The notes under the pieces are model-generated. The model ran no database searches and was not told where the DNA came from. It saw only the letters and a list, made by a program, of their open reading frames with translations. Below are positions 12,680-25,800 of a DNA stretch of 64,000 nt, piece after piece. Position numbers and translations under genes: made by a program. The stretch lies in the NCBI RefSeq assembly GCF_006345805.1, contig NC_042999.1:140926001-140990000 (forward strand), given 5' to 3'. Source of the DNA: Octopus sinensis. Its lineage: Eukaryota. How positions within the stretch are numbered: position 1 is the stretch's first letter; every line of letters begins with the position of its first letter.

Positions 12680-12938
12680 CCTCCCCATGTTGGTGGCATG
12701 TAAAAATCACTATCTGAACATGATTGATGCCAGGCCCACCTGACTGGCTCCTGTGCTGGTAGCACATAAAAAGCACCCACTACACTTTCAGAGTGGTTGG
12801 CATTAGGAAGGGCATCCAGCTGTAGAAACTCTGCCAAATCAGATTGGAGCCTGGTGCAGCCACTGGCTCTCCAGACCTCAGTCAAACCATCCAACCTATG
12901 CTAGCATGGAAAACAGACATTAAACGATGATGATGATG

Positions 12939-12942
<4 letters not shown>
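12680..12942 (+). mobile_element. RTE LINE 3' tail-only copy
   Basis: aaaagcacccactacac...ttaggaagggcatccagctgtagaaac...gacattaaacgatgatgatg. Confidence 0.85.
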
Positions 12943-12972
<30 letters not shown>

Positions 12973-12974
12973 TA

Positions 12975-13203
12975 GACACGAAACTGAAAGAAGCCTGTTG
13001 TATAAGTGTGTGTCTTTGTGTTTGACCCCACTCCTGCTTGACAACTGGGTTGCATCCTTGTAACTTGGTAGTTCAGCAAAAGAGACCAGTAGAATAAGCA
13101 CCAGGCTAAAAAAAATAAAGTACTGGGGTTGATTCATTTGACGAAAACTGTTCAAAGCAGTGCCCCAGCATGGCCACAGTCTAATGACTAAAACAAGTAA
13201 AGG
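12975..13203 (+). mobile_element. SINE family B, 3' half
   Basis: gaaactgaaagaagcc...tagaataagcaccaggct...aaacaagtaaa. Confidence 0.8.
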
Positions 13204-13260
13204 ATAAAATATATGCATATGAATAAATAAAAGACAAAAGAAGAGGAGATATGAACTCAC

Positions 13261-13404
13261 TTTCAATAGCTTACAGCTGTTTCTTCTATAAGGAACTGTG
13301 CTACTGACATTTTTTGACCTTCTCAGAGCTTCAGAAAACTGCAAGATGCTGCACTGACACTCAACTCTTGGTCCATGGTTCCTTATAGCAGAAACAGTTG
13401 CAAG
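13261..13404 (-). CDS. Putative exon (phase 0/0) of a divergent kinesin-motor-like protein: LATVSAIRNHGPRVECQCSILQFSEALRRSKNVSSTVPYRRNSCKLLK
   Basis: Acceptor ctttcattag, donor GTGAGT, 48 open codons; FSEAL..VPYR...KLL resembles kinesin VISAL..HVPYRDSKLTRLL. Confidence 0.6.
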
Positions 13405-14706
13405 CTAATGAAAGTGCTAACATAACTCTTGCTGTGTCTATGGCGGGTTAGTATGCTAATAAAAATTAAAACACACACTGGTTCAATACCACTTCTTTAT
13501 TCTACCAACTAATTATTCAGTAGTTTGTTTGATGTGATGATTGAGCAATTAGTTGTTAGTTTTCTCTGTCAGAGTTTTTTCACAGCCTCTTAAATAACAT
13601 TGATCCAGAGCATGTATTTTAATTTTCATTGGCATAATGACCCTCCCTAGACACAACAAATTTCTCTCAACACATAAATTCACATCAAGAATCTTGCAAA
13701 CTAAATACATTAACTCTTACTCTTTTGTCATTCTTTTATCCATATCACACTCTGTATTGACCTGCTAGTTCATATAAAGGTCCAGAGTAGGAAATACTAC
13801 ACAATTCAAACCTCCACATTGCTGGGTCTTACTAATTTTGTGAAATATAAGAACATTTAGTTCAAGCAAGTGGTTATTGCTACTGCTGTGGCTAGACAGA
13901 ATCACACACATGCATGCATGCGCACATTAAATTATACACTTTTGAAAATGTGATCATCAAGGTAAGGAGCTTATGGTGAGCTAGTTCTGTGACCCAAGCT
14001 CAATTCCAAATAGTTTTACATGAAAAAATCATAAATGTTGCAACTTCTACCCTTAAAGTCAATAGAGCTGAACTCCTATCTGTGGGTATCTCTGATTATG
14101 AAAAGTCAAAAGGTTGACTGTATCACACAAGTTCATGGATATGGAGGTATTTTGTTTTTATTTTTGTACTTGTACACATGTATGTAATTAGTGTGTTGTC
14201 TACACACACACACACACCACACACACACACACACACACAGATTTGAGTAAAGTGAATTACTGAAGCACAAGTGTACAAGAGTGCATGAGTTTTAATAATT
14301 ATATAAAATTTGCTTCCAAAATGATTTCATCCAATATTAGAAATTACATTTATCTATAACATTACAAGTTATCTACAGTTTTGTACAGACAGTATTCAAA
14401 TGATTTCCATTTTGTTGATTGTGTCTAAATATAAACACATATCTGAGAATCAATTTTTATTGAGATACATTCTTTTGGCAGAGCTTTAAAAAATCTCAGT
14501 CTGGTTGATGTTTTACTTTTTATTTATCATCAATATCATCATCATCTTCATTGGCCACTTTTTCCATGCTTGCATGAATCAGATGAAGTTAGATAAAGAA
14601 GATTTTAAATGGTCTGGTGCCCTTGCTATCACCAACCCTCACCTAATTTCAAGTAAGGTTATAATTCCCAAGTTTATCTAACAACAAACGCCCTAAACAT
14701 AGTCAC

Positions 14707-14852
14707 ATGCCGCCTCTTTTGTTTGCAAAGATCGCTCATGTCAAGGAATGTGAGGAAACCCAGACATGCTTTTGCAGTTGATGGCAAGTATAAGATACTG
14801 CCTGTATTGCTAGCAAGACTTGTTTTGTTTGCAGTCAGTAAAGACATGAAGA
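14707..14852 (-). CDS. Putative exon (phase 1/0) of the same gene: FMSLLTANKTSLASNTGSILYLPSTAKACLGFLTFLDMSDLCKQKRRH
   Basis: Acceptor gtatttatcctag, weak donor GTGACT, open frame; GFLTFLDMS sits where kinesin GKLNLVDLAGSE is expected. Confidence 0.5.
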
Positions 14853-15249
14853 CTAGGATAAATACAAATTCACTGACACACACACACACATCCATTCTTC
14901 CATCTACCCACTTTGTGTGTATAAATGCAGGCATGACTATATGATTCAGAAGTTTACTCATATTCATACAGTTCCAGATTTGATTTCGCTGCACAGCATC
15001 TTGAGCAAGTATCTTCTATGATAATGGCAAATTTATCAGTATCTTACCAGTGGAATTTGGTTGATGGAAATTGCAATATCTTGTTATGTGTGTGTATGTT
15101 TGTTTACAACAATCTAAAAATTGGCATTTTTGTTCATATTGTGTCTGTTTTAGCCCTGTAACTTAGTAGCTTGACGAATAGAGATCACTTCAATAAGTTC
15201 TGAAATCATTATTATTATAAAATATATCTTGTTGCATCTTGGGAGGGTC

Positions 15250-15295
<46 letters not shown>

Positions 15296-15540
15296 ATTGC
15301 CCAAAAATCCATGAGTAAGAAAAAACAGGCATTCATATACTAGTTAACAGAGTGGGTATATTATTATTACTAAAATACAATATTATAGTCTCATAAAAAC
15401 CAATGTATTAAGTGATTGCATACCAGAAAGTTGAGGAACCCCAGCAATCATCAGAAAGGAAGATTGCATGCATTGGTTCTCAGCTTTCTATGATGAAACC
15501 AATTATTACTTCAATTATTAAGGGACTATAATATTGTATC

Positions 15541-15579
<39 letters not shown>

Positions 15580-16162
15580 ATTACACGAATACACACACAC
15601 TTTAATGGGTTTTATGTCCACTTATATTAAAAACAGTTTTACATTAACCTGAAAAGTTACACTATTCTTTTGTAGAGTACATATATGTGATTCTTAAACA
15701 TAATGTGGTAGATACAAATTGCATTACTGTACTCAGGAAGACCTACCCACCACAACAGAGTTGATATCCTAAAACCAAGGTGCCATATAAAACGCATTGG
15801 TGTGGATACTGGTACCATATAAAAAGCACTGGTGATGATGCCTCTGTAAGGCGGTTGATGTTAGGAAGGGTATCGACCTGTATAAACCAAACCACAATAG
15901 ACTATGGAACCTGGTGTGGCTCTTGGCCTTGCCAGTTCCTGTTAAACCATGTTAAAAGTTGATGTTGATGAAAACGCATTATGTTTTCCACTCAGGTCAT
16001 GCTGATATAGAGAAATAAAACAACAGAATGAGAGTGAGTGATTGTTGGAGATGCTAAATGCAACTGAACTGTAGTAAAAGATCTCTGTCTGAAGTAGCTG
16101 GTATCTTAATCAAAATAAAACTGGAAATATTTTCATAAATTATATATATAGATACAGGCATG

Positions 16163-16590
16163 ATTGTGAACCACAAGTCTGAGTGTGTAGTAAAAAGTTT
16201 GCTTCCCATAATATAGTTCCAAGTTCAGTCCCACTGTGTGGTACCTTGGGTAATTGTCTCCTACTATAGCCCTGAGCCAACTAAAGCCTTGTGAGGGTAT
16301 TTAGTTGATGGAAACTGAAAGGAACCTGGTGACGGTATGTATGTATGTCCATATGTGTGAGTGTGAGTTTGTTTGTATCTCCTTGTCTTGACATTGCATG
16401 ACAGTTATAAATGAGTGTCATTGTCATACATGTAGTGTCATTCATTTCTAGTATTGTGCAAGAGCATGTCTGGCCATTGGGAAATATTGCCTTGCTTGGA
16501 AACAGGTGTGGGTTGGAAGGGTATTCAGCTATCCAAAATTTGCTGCAACAGATTCTGTCCAATCCATGCAACTTGGAAAAGTGGATATTT
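16163..16590 (+). mobile_element. SINE family B (variant 3' body)
   Basis: tRNA-like head gttccaagttcagtcccactgtgtggtaccttggg followed by the family body. Confidence 0.8.
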
Positions 16591-16724
16591 CATATGTATT
16601 TGTGTGTATGTGTGTGTGCAAGTTACATAGATGATAATATTTTCAATAGAGATGCTACAACCATATCTGATTGTTCTCATTGTTTAAATCCTGTATATGT
16701 GCATATATTTACTCTATTACTAAC

Positions 16725-16809
16725 ATTTATCAGTGGTTTCTCCCATTGTTTTAATGTGCCATTTTCTATCATTAATAAAACTGTAGGCATTTTTGACAAC
16801 ATGGGTAAG
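16725..16809 (-). CDS. Putative exon (phase 0/1) of the same gene: LTHVVKNAYSFINDRKWHIKTMGETTDK
   Basis: Acceptor tattgctag, donor GTTAGT, 85 nt; phase matches the next exon. Confidence 0.45.
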
Positions 16810-17869
16810 CTAGCAATACATATTCCACATTAGTTTAAAAAATTATTAAATGAGAAAATTATTATGATGGATAACGCTGAACTTTTAATCTTTTCTCTTT
16901 AGTGTGCAGAGTCAATTTCTTTCACCTTGGTTTTTCTCTTCTGTCATTCCACTCCTCTTACTGCCATCTTTTTATCAAGCTATATATGGTGTTCACTAGA
17001 CAAAACTATTTTGTGTTCACAGAAACTAATTTACAATAATAACAAAAATAAATAAATAAATTATGCTCTATGGGAAAAATTATCCTCAAAGCTTGAATCC
17101 GTTTATTTCTTTTTCGCAGACTAAATTTTAAATTTTATATCATTTCCCAGTTGGAACTATTTTACATGTATTGTTAGTGACAAGGAAAGCTTTTATGTTT
17201 TCTTCTATTTCTGAGGTTATTAACCTCTTCTTATAATATTTTGTTTTGTTTTCTTTTTTTACAGTAAGTTTCAGTGTATTTAATTTTAATACAAAAATAA
17301 TGGAAGAATTTGCAGATCAAAACTTATTGTAAATATAAAAAAAAGTTGAAATCAAATCAGTCTGATCAAATAATTTCTGTTACATAACCAAGCCCCTGTA
17401 TATCCAAGTTGCATATTTGGTTAAGGAGAAATTAATGATGGTTATTTCCCTTAGATAAGATCGGCGTTATTAAATCTTTAGTTATTTCCCTGGAAATTTT
17501 AAACTCTATATTCTAAAAATTATTGGGGTTTGTTTGAAGGAACCTGCAAAGGATACGTTCCCATATATTTTGCAGCTCCTAGACCAGTGAGATCGATACA
17601 GTCAGCGTTCCTCTTGAATCATCTCACACTTTTCTATTAAAAGAGATATGTCATCATCCGCTTCAGTTTCATTATTCCAGTAAGAAAAAATGAACCATAA
17701 TTTGAACTGATTGAATCCAGATAATCCTATTTTTCATCTGGGCTGACTGAATGAGCTGAATTCTTCATGTCACCAGCGTATGAAAATTTTTTGTGATTTT
17801 GGTGTCAGCTTTTACAATAAAGCCTTACTTTAGAATTATGTTTAAAAACTATTCATTTCCTGATGTTAT

Positions 17870-18105
17870 TCATGATGACTTCTACAAGTTTTCTACAAGC
17901 CAAAAAGGTGTTTCTATGCAGTCAGTCAGACTGCTTCAAAAGCAGCTAAATTTCACACAGATCACACCCTGCCATCTAAAAACGGAAAAGATACATTGAA
18001 CAGTATATTTCTAGATTTACAAAAAAAACAGGATGGTCATAGCTGGAATGTCTTTGATCATTGGTTTGCTCAGTCAGGACTGACTTGAGGTTAGTCAACA
18101 ACAGC
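17870..18105 (+). mobile_element. Interspersed repeat (agcagccaaat...cacaccct...ggatggtcatagctggaatg...aacaacaac family)
   Basis: Similar copies at ~21265-21445 (+), ~34610-34755 (+), ~20035-20090 (-), ~5420-5500 (-). Confidence 0.6.
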
Positions 18106-18655
18106 AATATTTAAATCTTTCTCTCTAGAATCTTAGATTTCTAAGGGATAGAAAACATGTTTCGGTGCTCAGTCTTTTCCAAAATACATTAGGAAACAAT
18201 GTAAATGAACTGGAAGTAAATACAATAAAGAATTGAAACCAAGTCACACAATCAGGATGTAGTAGGCCAACATCCTAACCTGTAGAAGATTTATGTCTAA
18301 CCCATTTAACTCCATGAAAATTAAAGATAAGCACCAGATATACAAATTCTTTGGGTTCAAAAGAGATTAATTTTTGAGGTTATTATTAAGTTTTTTAACT
18401 TGTGGGCAATGCTTAGGCCAAATCACTATATTCTACAAATGATAGATTTTCTCATTTTCTGATAACTTTTTATGTTTATCATATTGTCAAAATTATATTA
18501 CAAAGCTGGCTTTTCTCTTCTTAGCCACATATATTTCAGTCCTAAAAAACTACTAATTATTTCTGTAACTCAAATAGAGCTACACAAGAGTATATTTCAC
18601 ATATACAAAACAGTGTATATGCATTCTTCACACACACACACACACTCATTCACAC

Positions 18656-18775
<120 letters not shown>

Positions 18776-20624
18776 TAGATCACACTCGACAAAAAAAAAA
18801 CTTTTTGCTAGATAGCCTCCATTCACTAATGGTCTGTAATCAATCCCTCTTTCTTGAGCTGTGCCTTTTCTGTAATTATTTTATGATTACAATCCCCTGT
18901 ACATTCCTAATCCTCTGACTGCATGCTACTCCCACCTAAACTTGTTCTTTGTATCTATTTCTTCCCATCATTCCTCTAATACACCCAAAAGATCACATAC
19001 TAAACATTTTGCCAAGCTTTTCTTTCTTAAAATTGCCTACATCTGGATACAGCTTGCCTGCTTATGTTTTCCTTACAACTACTGATGTATTTCAACTTAA
19101 ATCAAGCCTTAACTGGACTAACCTCACTGATATCCTTCTTTCTCAGTTTTTATGGCTCTGAAATATTTCAGAATAAAACATAAAAGTAACAAAATAATTT
19201 AGATATTATCTTTACTTCATGAAATCATTCTTTCACCATGTGTCTACTGTTTCTGAGGAAGCTTGTTATAAATTTGTTTAAAGTTTAATTTTATTAACAA
19301 TTTAATTTTTATGACTTCTACTAATTTGTTGTTAAGATTTGATTAGATCTATTAGATAACAGAGATAGTATCAAATATTTGTAAATCTGAAATGGAAAGA
19401 ATACATTTAAAAAAATTCTCTCCCTTAGTTTTTTCCAAGACATGAAGAATTACTTTTTAAAGAGAATCACAGATAATCATCCCTTCGTGTAGAGTTGTTG
19501 TTTTTGTTGTTTATTAAGTTTGGACCTAATTATGCAGACCTATCATAAAAAAGTATTTAGCTGTAACTTTTTTTCCCTTATGTATATCTTGGTTATACTA
19601 TCTATATTATCCAATGTATAGACATAGGCATTACTGGTGGGTTACAAAGTTTGCTTTGCAACTATGTATTTTGGGGTTTGGTGCTACTGTGTATCATCAT
19701 GGATAAAATGTCTTTTACTGCAGCCTTGTGAGTAGAATAGGTAGATAGAAACTATGCAGAAGTTGATTCTGCATATTTTCAATAAAGTTGTTTGAGTGGA
19801 AAAAAAAAGCAGGGACATTCACTAAATTCTCTACTAAAACAGTTTCCCACTTCAGCAAAATATCATACTTGAAAAGCAAAGGTTGCCTGTGGGAAGAGCA
19901 TCTGACTGTAGAAGAACTACCTCAATAAGTCTCTTATAATACATACCAGCATGGTATGTATTATAAGAAATAAACATGAAAGTAATGGTTGTGGTGGTGG
20001 CAGTGATTGTGGTATGACAGTGATGGCAGTAAGACAATATGATTTGATCTGAGTGAGATATGGCTGCTAATTCTAGAAACTTCTTCCTTGGCTCCAGATA
20101 ACTTTGTTGGGTAATGATCATTAAAAATATTAATATGCAGCTACATGAATAGTGTATACAAAATTTTGTCATTAATTAGCAAATAAAAAAAAACTTCTAA
20201 TATTCAGGGAAAAGAAATTAAAAGTTGTAATCATTTTAGTATTTCCCAAAAGTATTAACAACATAAGCAAAGTAGAATGAATTCAACTAGTTACTGCAAA
20301 TATGTCTCAACTGTAAAACAACAACAAGAGAAATAATAAAACTGGAACAGAATTAATGTATTTGGTATTTAGCAGCATCCACAAAGAGTAGTAATGGCAT
20401 GTAATAGCAGTTTTGTCATTGCCTACCATTACAGTTGTTATAGTCATAGCAATATTCTGGAGTTATACTACCTCTGTTATAGTCAAGGGACAGTTAAGTA
20501 ATGCAGCCTAGGTATATTTTTATTTCTTTAAGGTTGATAAAAATAAAGTGCAAATACTATTCAGTTATTACCTTTCCCTCTTGTATTTCAAAAGAAATAT
20601 TTTGGGGTACATGTACATATGTAT

Positions 20625-20945
20625 GAAGATGTGTGGCTTTGCGGTTAGAGTATTCAGCTCATGATCATAACACCTGTGAGTTCAATTCCTGGCAGTGTGT
20701 TGTGTTCTTGAGCAAGTCACTTTATTTCATGCTGTTCTAGTTCACTCAACTGGTAAAACTGAATAGTACCTGTATTCCAAAGGGCCAGCCTTGTCACATT
20801 CTCTGTCACACTGAATCTCCTTGAGAACTATGTTAAGGGTACCCAGGGCTGGAGTGCTCAGCCACCTGCACGTTAATTTCATGAGCTGGTTGTTCTATTG
20901 ATTGGATTAACTGAAACTCTTGTCATAACCAACAAAGCGCCACTT
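20625..20945 (+). mobile_element. tRNA-derived SINE (family C)
   Basis: A-box-like tggctttgcggttag, B-box gagttcaattcc, then ttgagcaagtcactttatttc...agttcactcaactgg central domain. Confidence 0.7.
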
Positions 20946-22609
20946 AATATGTGTATAGATGCAGGCATGTTTTGTGAGAGAGAAAATGGGCCCAGTCAAA
21001 TGGTTTCTGAGTCCAAAACGAAAGTGCAAACTGTTGGGTAAGTGTCTTGTACTATATACTTGGGTCAGCCAAAGCCTTGTGTTTGAAGTGGAAACCTGTT
21101 AGAGAGACTAAGAGCATAGGTGGCCTAATGAATAGAGTAGCAGACATCCATCGAAGATGCCAACATTGTGTCAATATGTTATGTAATACTCAAAATCGCC
21201 AAGCCTGCCAAGCTATAAATAATTACCAAATTCAATTACTTTTATAAGACAGCCAAACTCACTATGTGGTTGCTCAACCTGCTACAAATAGCAGCCAAAT
21301 CTCCTCAGATACCACATGCATCTTATAAATGGAAGAACATGATGGATAGCATAATCATAGATTCACAAAATTTATGATGGTCGTAACTGGAATAATTTTG
21401 GTCATAGTTTACTAATTAGAGCTGCTCTTAAATTAACAACAATAACAGTTCCATTAAAGAAAAACTGAACCCCTGAGAGAGGCAATCACGAACCATCCCT
21501 TTAATATGCATAGAAAGCCTTGTGTATTGGATGCCCCACAGGAGTAACAGAAGTCAGATTCGTATATTTATTTTTATATTAATGTTAAAATTTTTACATG
21601 ACAAATAAAATATTTACTTATGAAAGAATTCAAATATTAGTGGTAGAGTTGTATTCATTACTTAAAGAGGTTGAATCACTTCTCTTGAGGCTTATTTAAA
21701 CATTGTGTGGATAAGCTTTAAAAAGTAAAATTTGCTGCTATAGGCTCCCACTGTGTGTGTGTGTGTGTGTGTGTATGTGTAAACGGCAGGTAAGTTGTAC
21801 CTAGTACTACTACTACTACTTTTAAAATGGAGAGAACTCGATACAAGATAGATTATTTTAGATCAATTGTAAATTGATTGGCTTCAGAAGAAAACAAATT
21901 AGAGTAAATTCAGTTTTAACTAACATATAAAATCAGTGAAGTCTAAAAGTTATTTCTGCTTTGAGGAGTTTAAAATATTGTCATATTTGTCTCAAAAAAG
22001 AAATACATGGAAAAAATGTATTTAAAAAAATATTAAAACAGTTTTAACAATTTCCAGCCTGGTAACAAAGGGTAAGGACATATAATTTAGAAAGACAAGC
22101 AAAATGTGTGCCATTGTCTATGAATAATTTATCTCTAGCATCTATAATATTGATTTCTCGTGACTTGGTGCATAGTATATTTTGTTAGAGCTAAGAAAAT
22201 ATATGAAAGAATCAATCATAGTATATTGCTGGTATTTATTTATCATGTCTGGGGAAAAAGAAAAGATAAATCAGTTATCATGAGGTTTTAATTAGAAAAT
22301 GGCATTGGTAAAACTAAATATTGTAATTCAATTAGTATACCAGTCAACTGTCTCACCAGAATTTTTCTATTTTTACTATGCAAAGAAAATTTTTTGTAGA
22401 AGTAACAAATGGTTATTGCAATTTTCATATCTTTCAATATTATGGACATGGGTAAATAGAAGCTTTCCTGCTATGTTAAAGCACTTTTATTTTTCTATAT
22501 CAATACAAAATCTTTGACAATGAAAAAAACATTCTTGCTTAAGGACACTAATGCCTTCATTGAAGTAAATTATTATACTTCGTAATAATAATAATAATAA
22601 TAATAATAA

Positions 22610-23030
22610 GCCTTTCTTCTATAGGCACAAGATCTGGATATTTTGGGGTAGGGGGACAGTCAATCACATAGATCCCTGTACTCAACTGGTACTTAATTTA
22701 TTGACCCTGAAAGGATGAAAAGCAAAGTCAGCCTCAGCTGAATTTGAACTCGGAATGTAGTGGCAGATGAAATACCGCTAAGCATTTTGCCCAGCGTGCT
22801 AACAATTCTGCCAGCTTGCCGCCTTAGTTTCAAATTTTGCCACAAGGGGAACAATTTTATGGGAGGGGATGAGTTGATTGCATCAACCCCAGTGTTCAAA
22901 TGGTACTTAATTTATCAATTCTGAAAGGATGAAAGGCAAAGTCAACCACTACGGAATTTGAACTCAGAATGTAAAGACAGACAAAATGTCGCCTGGCATG
23001 ATAACGATTCTGCCAGCTTGCCACCTTAAA
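22610..23030 (-). mobile_element. Two tandem SINE family A copies
   Basis: Two consecutive reverse-complement bodies, each with a head ...ggcaagctggcagaat. Confidence 0.85.
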
Positions 23031-23051
23031 TAATAAAAATAGTAATAATAA

Positions 23052-23283
23052 CCATGTGTTGAGTGCGATTCTTTGGGATTCGATTAATTTACTTCTGGAA
23101 ACATGGATGTTTCATTCATTGTCCTTAAACAACCCTTAAAGGGACCTTATGAGTGGAATGGTCTGCTTGACCTGAAGAAAATTCTGCCTGGGCTTCACCT
23201 TGCATTGCGTATTGGGTTTTGTATATTTGTACCTCAGTGTCATTTTGCTGGCATGCACTGCTCTCATTCAGTAATAATAATAA
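23052..23283 (+). mobile_element. Decayed copy of the (TAA)n-flanked element at 52229-52707
   Basis: ccatgtgttgag...ttgacctgaagaaaattct...ggcatgcactgctctcattcagtaataat. Confidence 0.75.
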
Positions 23284-23420
23284 TGGTTTCAAATTTTGGC
23301 ACAAGGCCAGCAATTTCAGGGGAGGAGTTTAGTCAATCATATCAACCCCAGTGCTCAACTGGTACTCATTTTATTGACCTCAAAAAGATGAAAGGCAAAG
23401 TCAACCTTGGCAGAATTTGA
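23283..23420 (-). mobile_element. SINE family A 3' fragment
   Basis: tttggcacaaggccagcaatt...caaccccagtgctcaactggtact...ggcaaagtcaacc. Confidence 0.8.
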
Positions 23421-23456
23421 ATAATAATAATAGTAAATTATTATTATTATTATTAT

Positions 23457-23560
23457 TGAGTGAGAGAGCAGTGCATGCCATCAAAGTGACACTGGGGTAA
23501 AATATACGAAGCCCAATATACCCATCATGACTACCCGTCTGATAAGGGTACACCAGGCAC
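23457..23560 (-). mobile_element. 3'-end fragment of the (TAA)n-flanked element
   Basis: Nearly identical to 52230-52333. Confidence 0.85.
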
Positions 23561-23887
23561 ATCATCATCATCGTTTAGCGTCCGCTTAAACGATGATTAT
23601 TATTATTATTATTATTATTTTCTGTCTTTTTCTTTTCGCCTTTTATAAAATTTTAACTTAAAAACTGATGATGTCATTCCATCAACGTGTGGACGCTGGT
23701 TGCTCTCATTCATATTTTACATTTAAATTTCTGTAATTTTGAATTTTTATCACTTCTTATTTTGAACTTGACAAAGACAGACATACTGTTGAAATATCGT
23801 TCAACTAATAAAATATCTTACAATCAAATCATGCTCTTCGTCTTGACTGTTTACTTTTGTGAAGAGTTACGACAATCCTTTTTAAAA

Positions 23888-23904
23888 TATTATTATTATT
23901 ATTA

Positions 23905-23956
<52 letters not shown>
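23888..23956. repeat. (TAT)n microsatellite
   Basis: Direct inspection. Confidence 0.95.
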
Positions 23957-23957
<1 letters not shown>

Positions 23958-24175
23958 AATAGAAGGCAGTTAAAATTACATCAAGCAGAAATCAAAACTC
24001 ACTCATGAGCATCTTTTAACATTACTTGATTTATTATTATGTCAATGTATAAATGTTCAACATGAAATTTTAGATTAATCATTTTTATATTAATTGCATC
24101 AATAAACTCTCCCACCAAATAACAAGAAATCTCTGCAAATAAAAAAACCATTTTTCAATTCTGCAGTAGACTTAC

Positions 24176-24216
24176 TGCTTATAACCTATGTATGGCTCAT
24201 TTTACCTCTCTGAGGT
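24176..24216 (-). other. Possible non-coding (5' UTR) exon, 41 nt
   Basis: Acceptor cactatttcag and donor GTAAGT; no frame is open across it. Confidence 0.3.
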
Positions 24217-25288
24217 CTGAAATAGTGTGTGTAAAATCTTGAGCAGAGCTTAGTAGTTGGTTTACAAACCCTCAACATTTTTGCAAACTAGTGGTTTCTT
24301 ATTTCCAATGTAAAATACTAAGTACCACTTATGCTCAGAATATAACTGGAAATTATATCTGTCAACTTTTTCTCTCCTCATCTCTCATGAATTTCCGTAA
24401 GATGCATTGAAGTTGAGGTGACTAATATTCATTTTAAACTCTGAGTTTTAAATTCATTTATTGAATACAAATATAGAAAGGAAACTATCTCCACAGGAGT
24501 ACAGTAGTTCTGGAAAAGATGTTTGGGTAAGGTCTAGAATTTGGAAGGTGAAAGTAAAACAAACATTACAAGAAGAGGAGGTTCATCAAGTAGACATTGC
24601 TCTCATAGTATTAGTAAAGTCAAGAGAGGACAACTCATACCAATGAGCAAAGGAATAAGGGAATAAAAGCTTGACTACCTGATGAATAGCTTCTTTTGTA
24701 ATATAGTTTAAAATGTGTATGAGAGAGAAAGAAAGAGTGAAAGGGGGTGTGTATGTGCAAGAAGTATTTTACAGTATTTTTTCCATTTATAAAAATGTGT
24801 AGAGAAGCAAAACAAGGTATTTGTGTGACTTTTGATCTTATGAAAGTATTTAACTCAGTAAATTAGCACAAAATATACTGAGCAATAATATTGTTTCTTT
24901 TGTTTCTACTGGTTTCAGTGAAAGGATGTGGGCATGCTGGGGTGCCAGCTTTATTGTCCACCCTTAGAGGCATAATGACATGCTGCAAACTGCAAGCATT
25001 CATTTGAAACAGATCATGAACATATGAAAGACAAGATCAGGATTAACTTCATGCTACAAAAAGACAAACCCCTTAGCATGGAAGAGATATTGGTACAATG
25101 AGACCATGAGACTTCTGCTAGCTTGGGTATGTCCAAAAAATGGAAGAAATTTATTGTTGTGACATATATTCAATTCCCAGTTGGTTAATGGATTGAGAAA
25201 CCAAGGTAGAGAGATACTAAGATATGACTAAACATAACATAAGGAGATTGAATGTTTATGGCAACAGAAAACAAAAAGTATTTTCCAG

Positions 25289-25800
25289 GGTGTACTGGGT
25301 GCATTTTTTCATGACACCAGTGTATAGAGGTTGCTTTAAAACCAGCAAGACTAAAGAGCCCTCTCAAGCCCTGCGTTGTTGTTTTAGTGTGGAATCAGTA
25401 TGAAAACAGATGGGAACCTAGTGGTAAGAGTGATGGGGTGAGTCAGTCAACCTTTTAGGTCAGCATGGATTGGTCACTTTGTCAGGATCTGAGTAAGTTC
25501 TTGTTAGGATTATGCAGGTTTTTTTGGTTTTTTTTTTGTTGCAAGTGTATAATAGGAAAGGGACTTACAGAGGCAGTGTTAGAGAAGGGCATAATAGGAG
25601 GGGAAAAGAAAAAGTAGAGTCGAGAGATAGAAAGAGAAAGTGACAAGCTTGGTGGGGTGGGTTGAACAGAAGGAGATGCATGCAGTTCTGCTGCACTGTA
25701 TATGAGTAGGTAGAGTGATACATTAAGTAGTGGTAATGTGATTAAAAGGAGTTGGAGCATATCTTCAGGGTAACATGTCCAAGAAAACACACTGACAGAA
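25289..25800 (-). mobile_element. Old retroelement remnant (same family as 33371-34020)
   Basis: Shared blocks gtgtactgggtg..ttttttcat..cagcaagact..ccctcaag and gact(t/a)acagag.cagt.ttag.gaaggg...aaaagtag. Confidence 0.5.

Noticed and set aside
16920-16970. GSKRSGMT as a degenerate kinesin P-loop (minus strand)
   Set aside because: Immediately preceded by in-frame TGA TAA, poor acceptor, and too close to the LTHVV exon for kinesin spacing
20030-20110. SYLE motif resembling kinesin SYLEIYNE
   Set aside because: Lies within a copy of the agcagccaaat repeat family; coincidental
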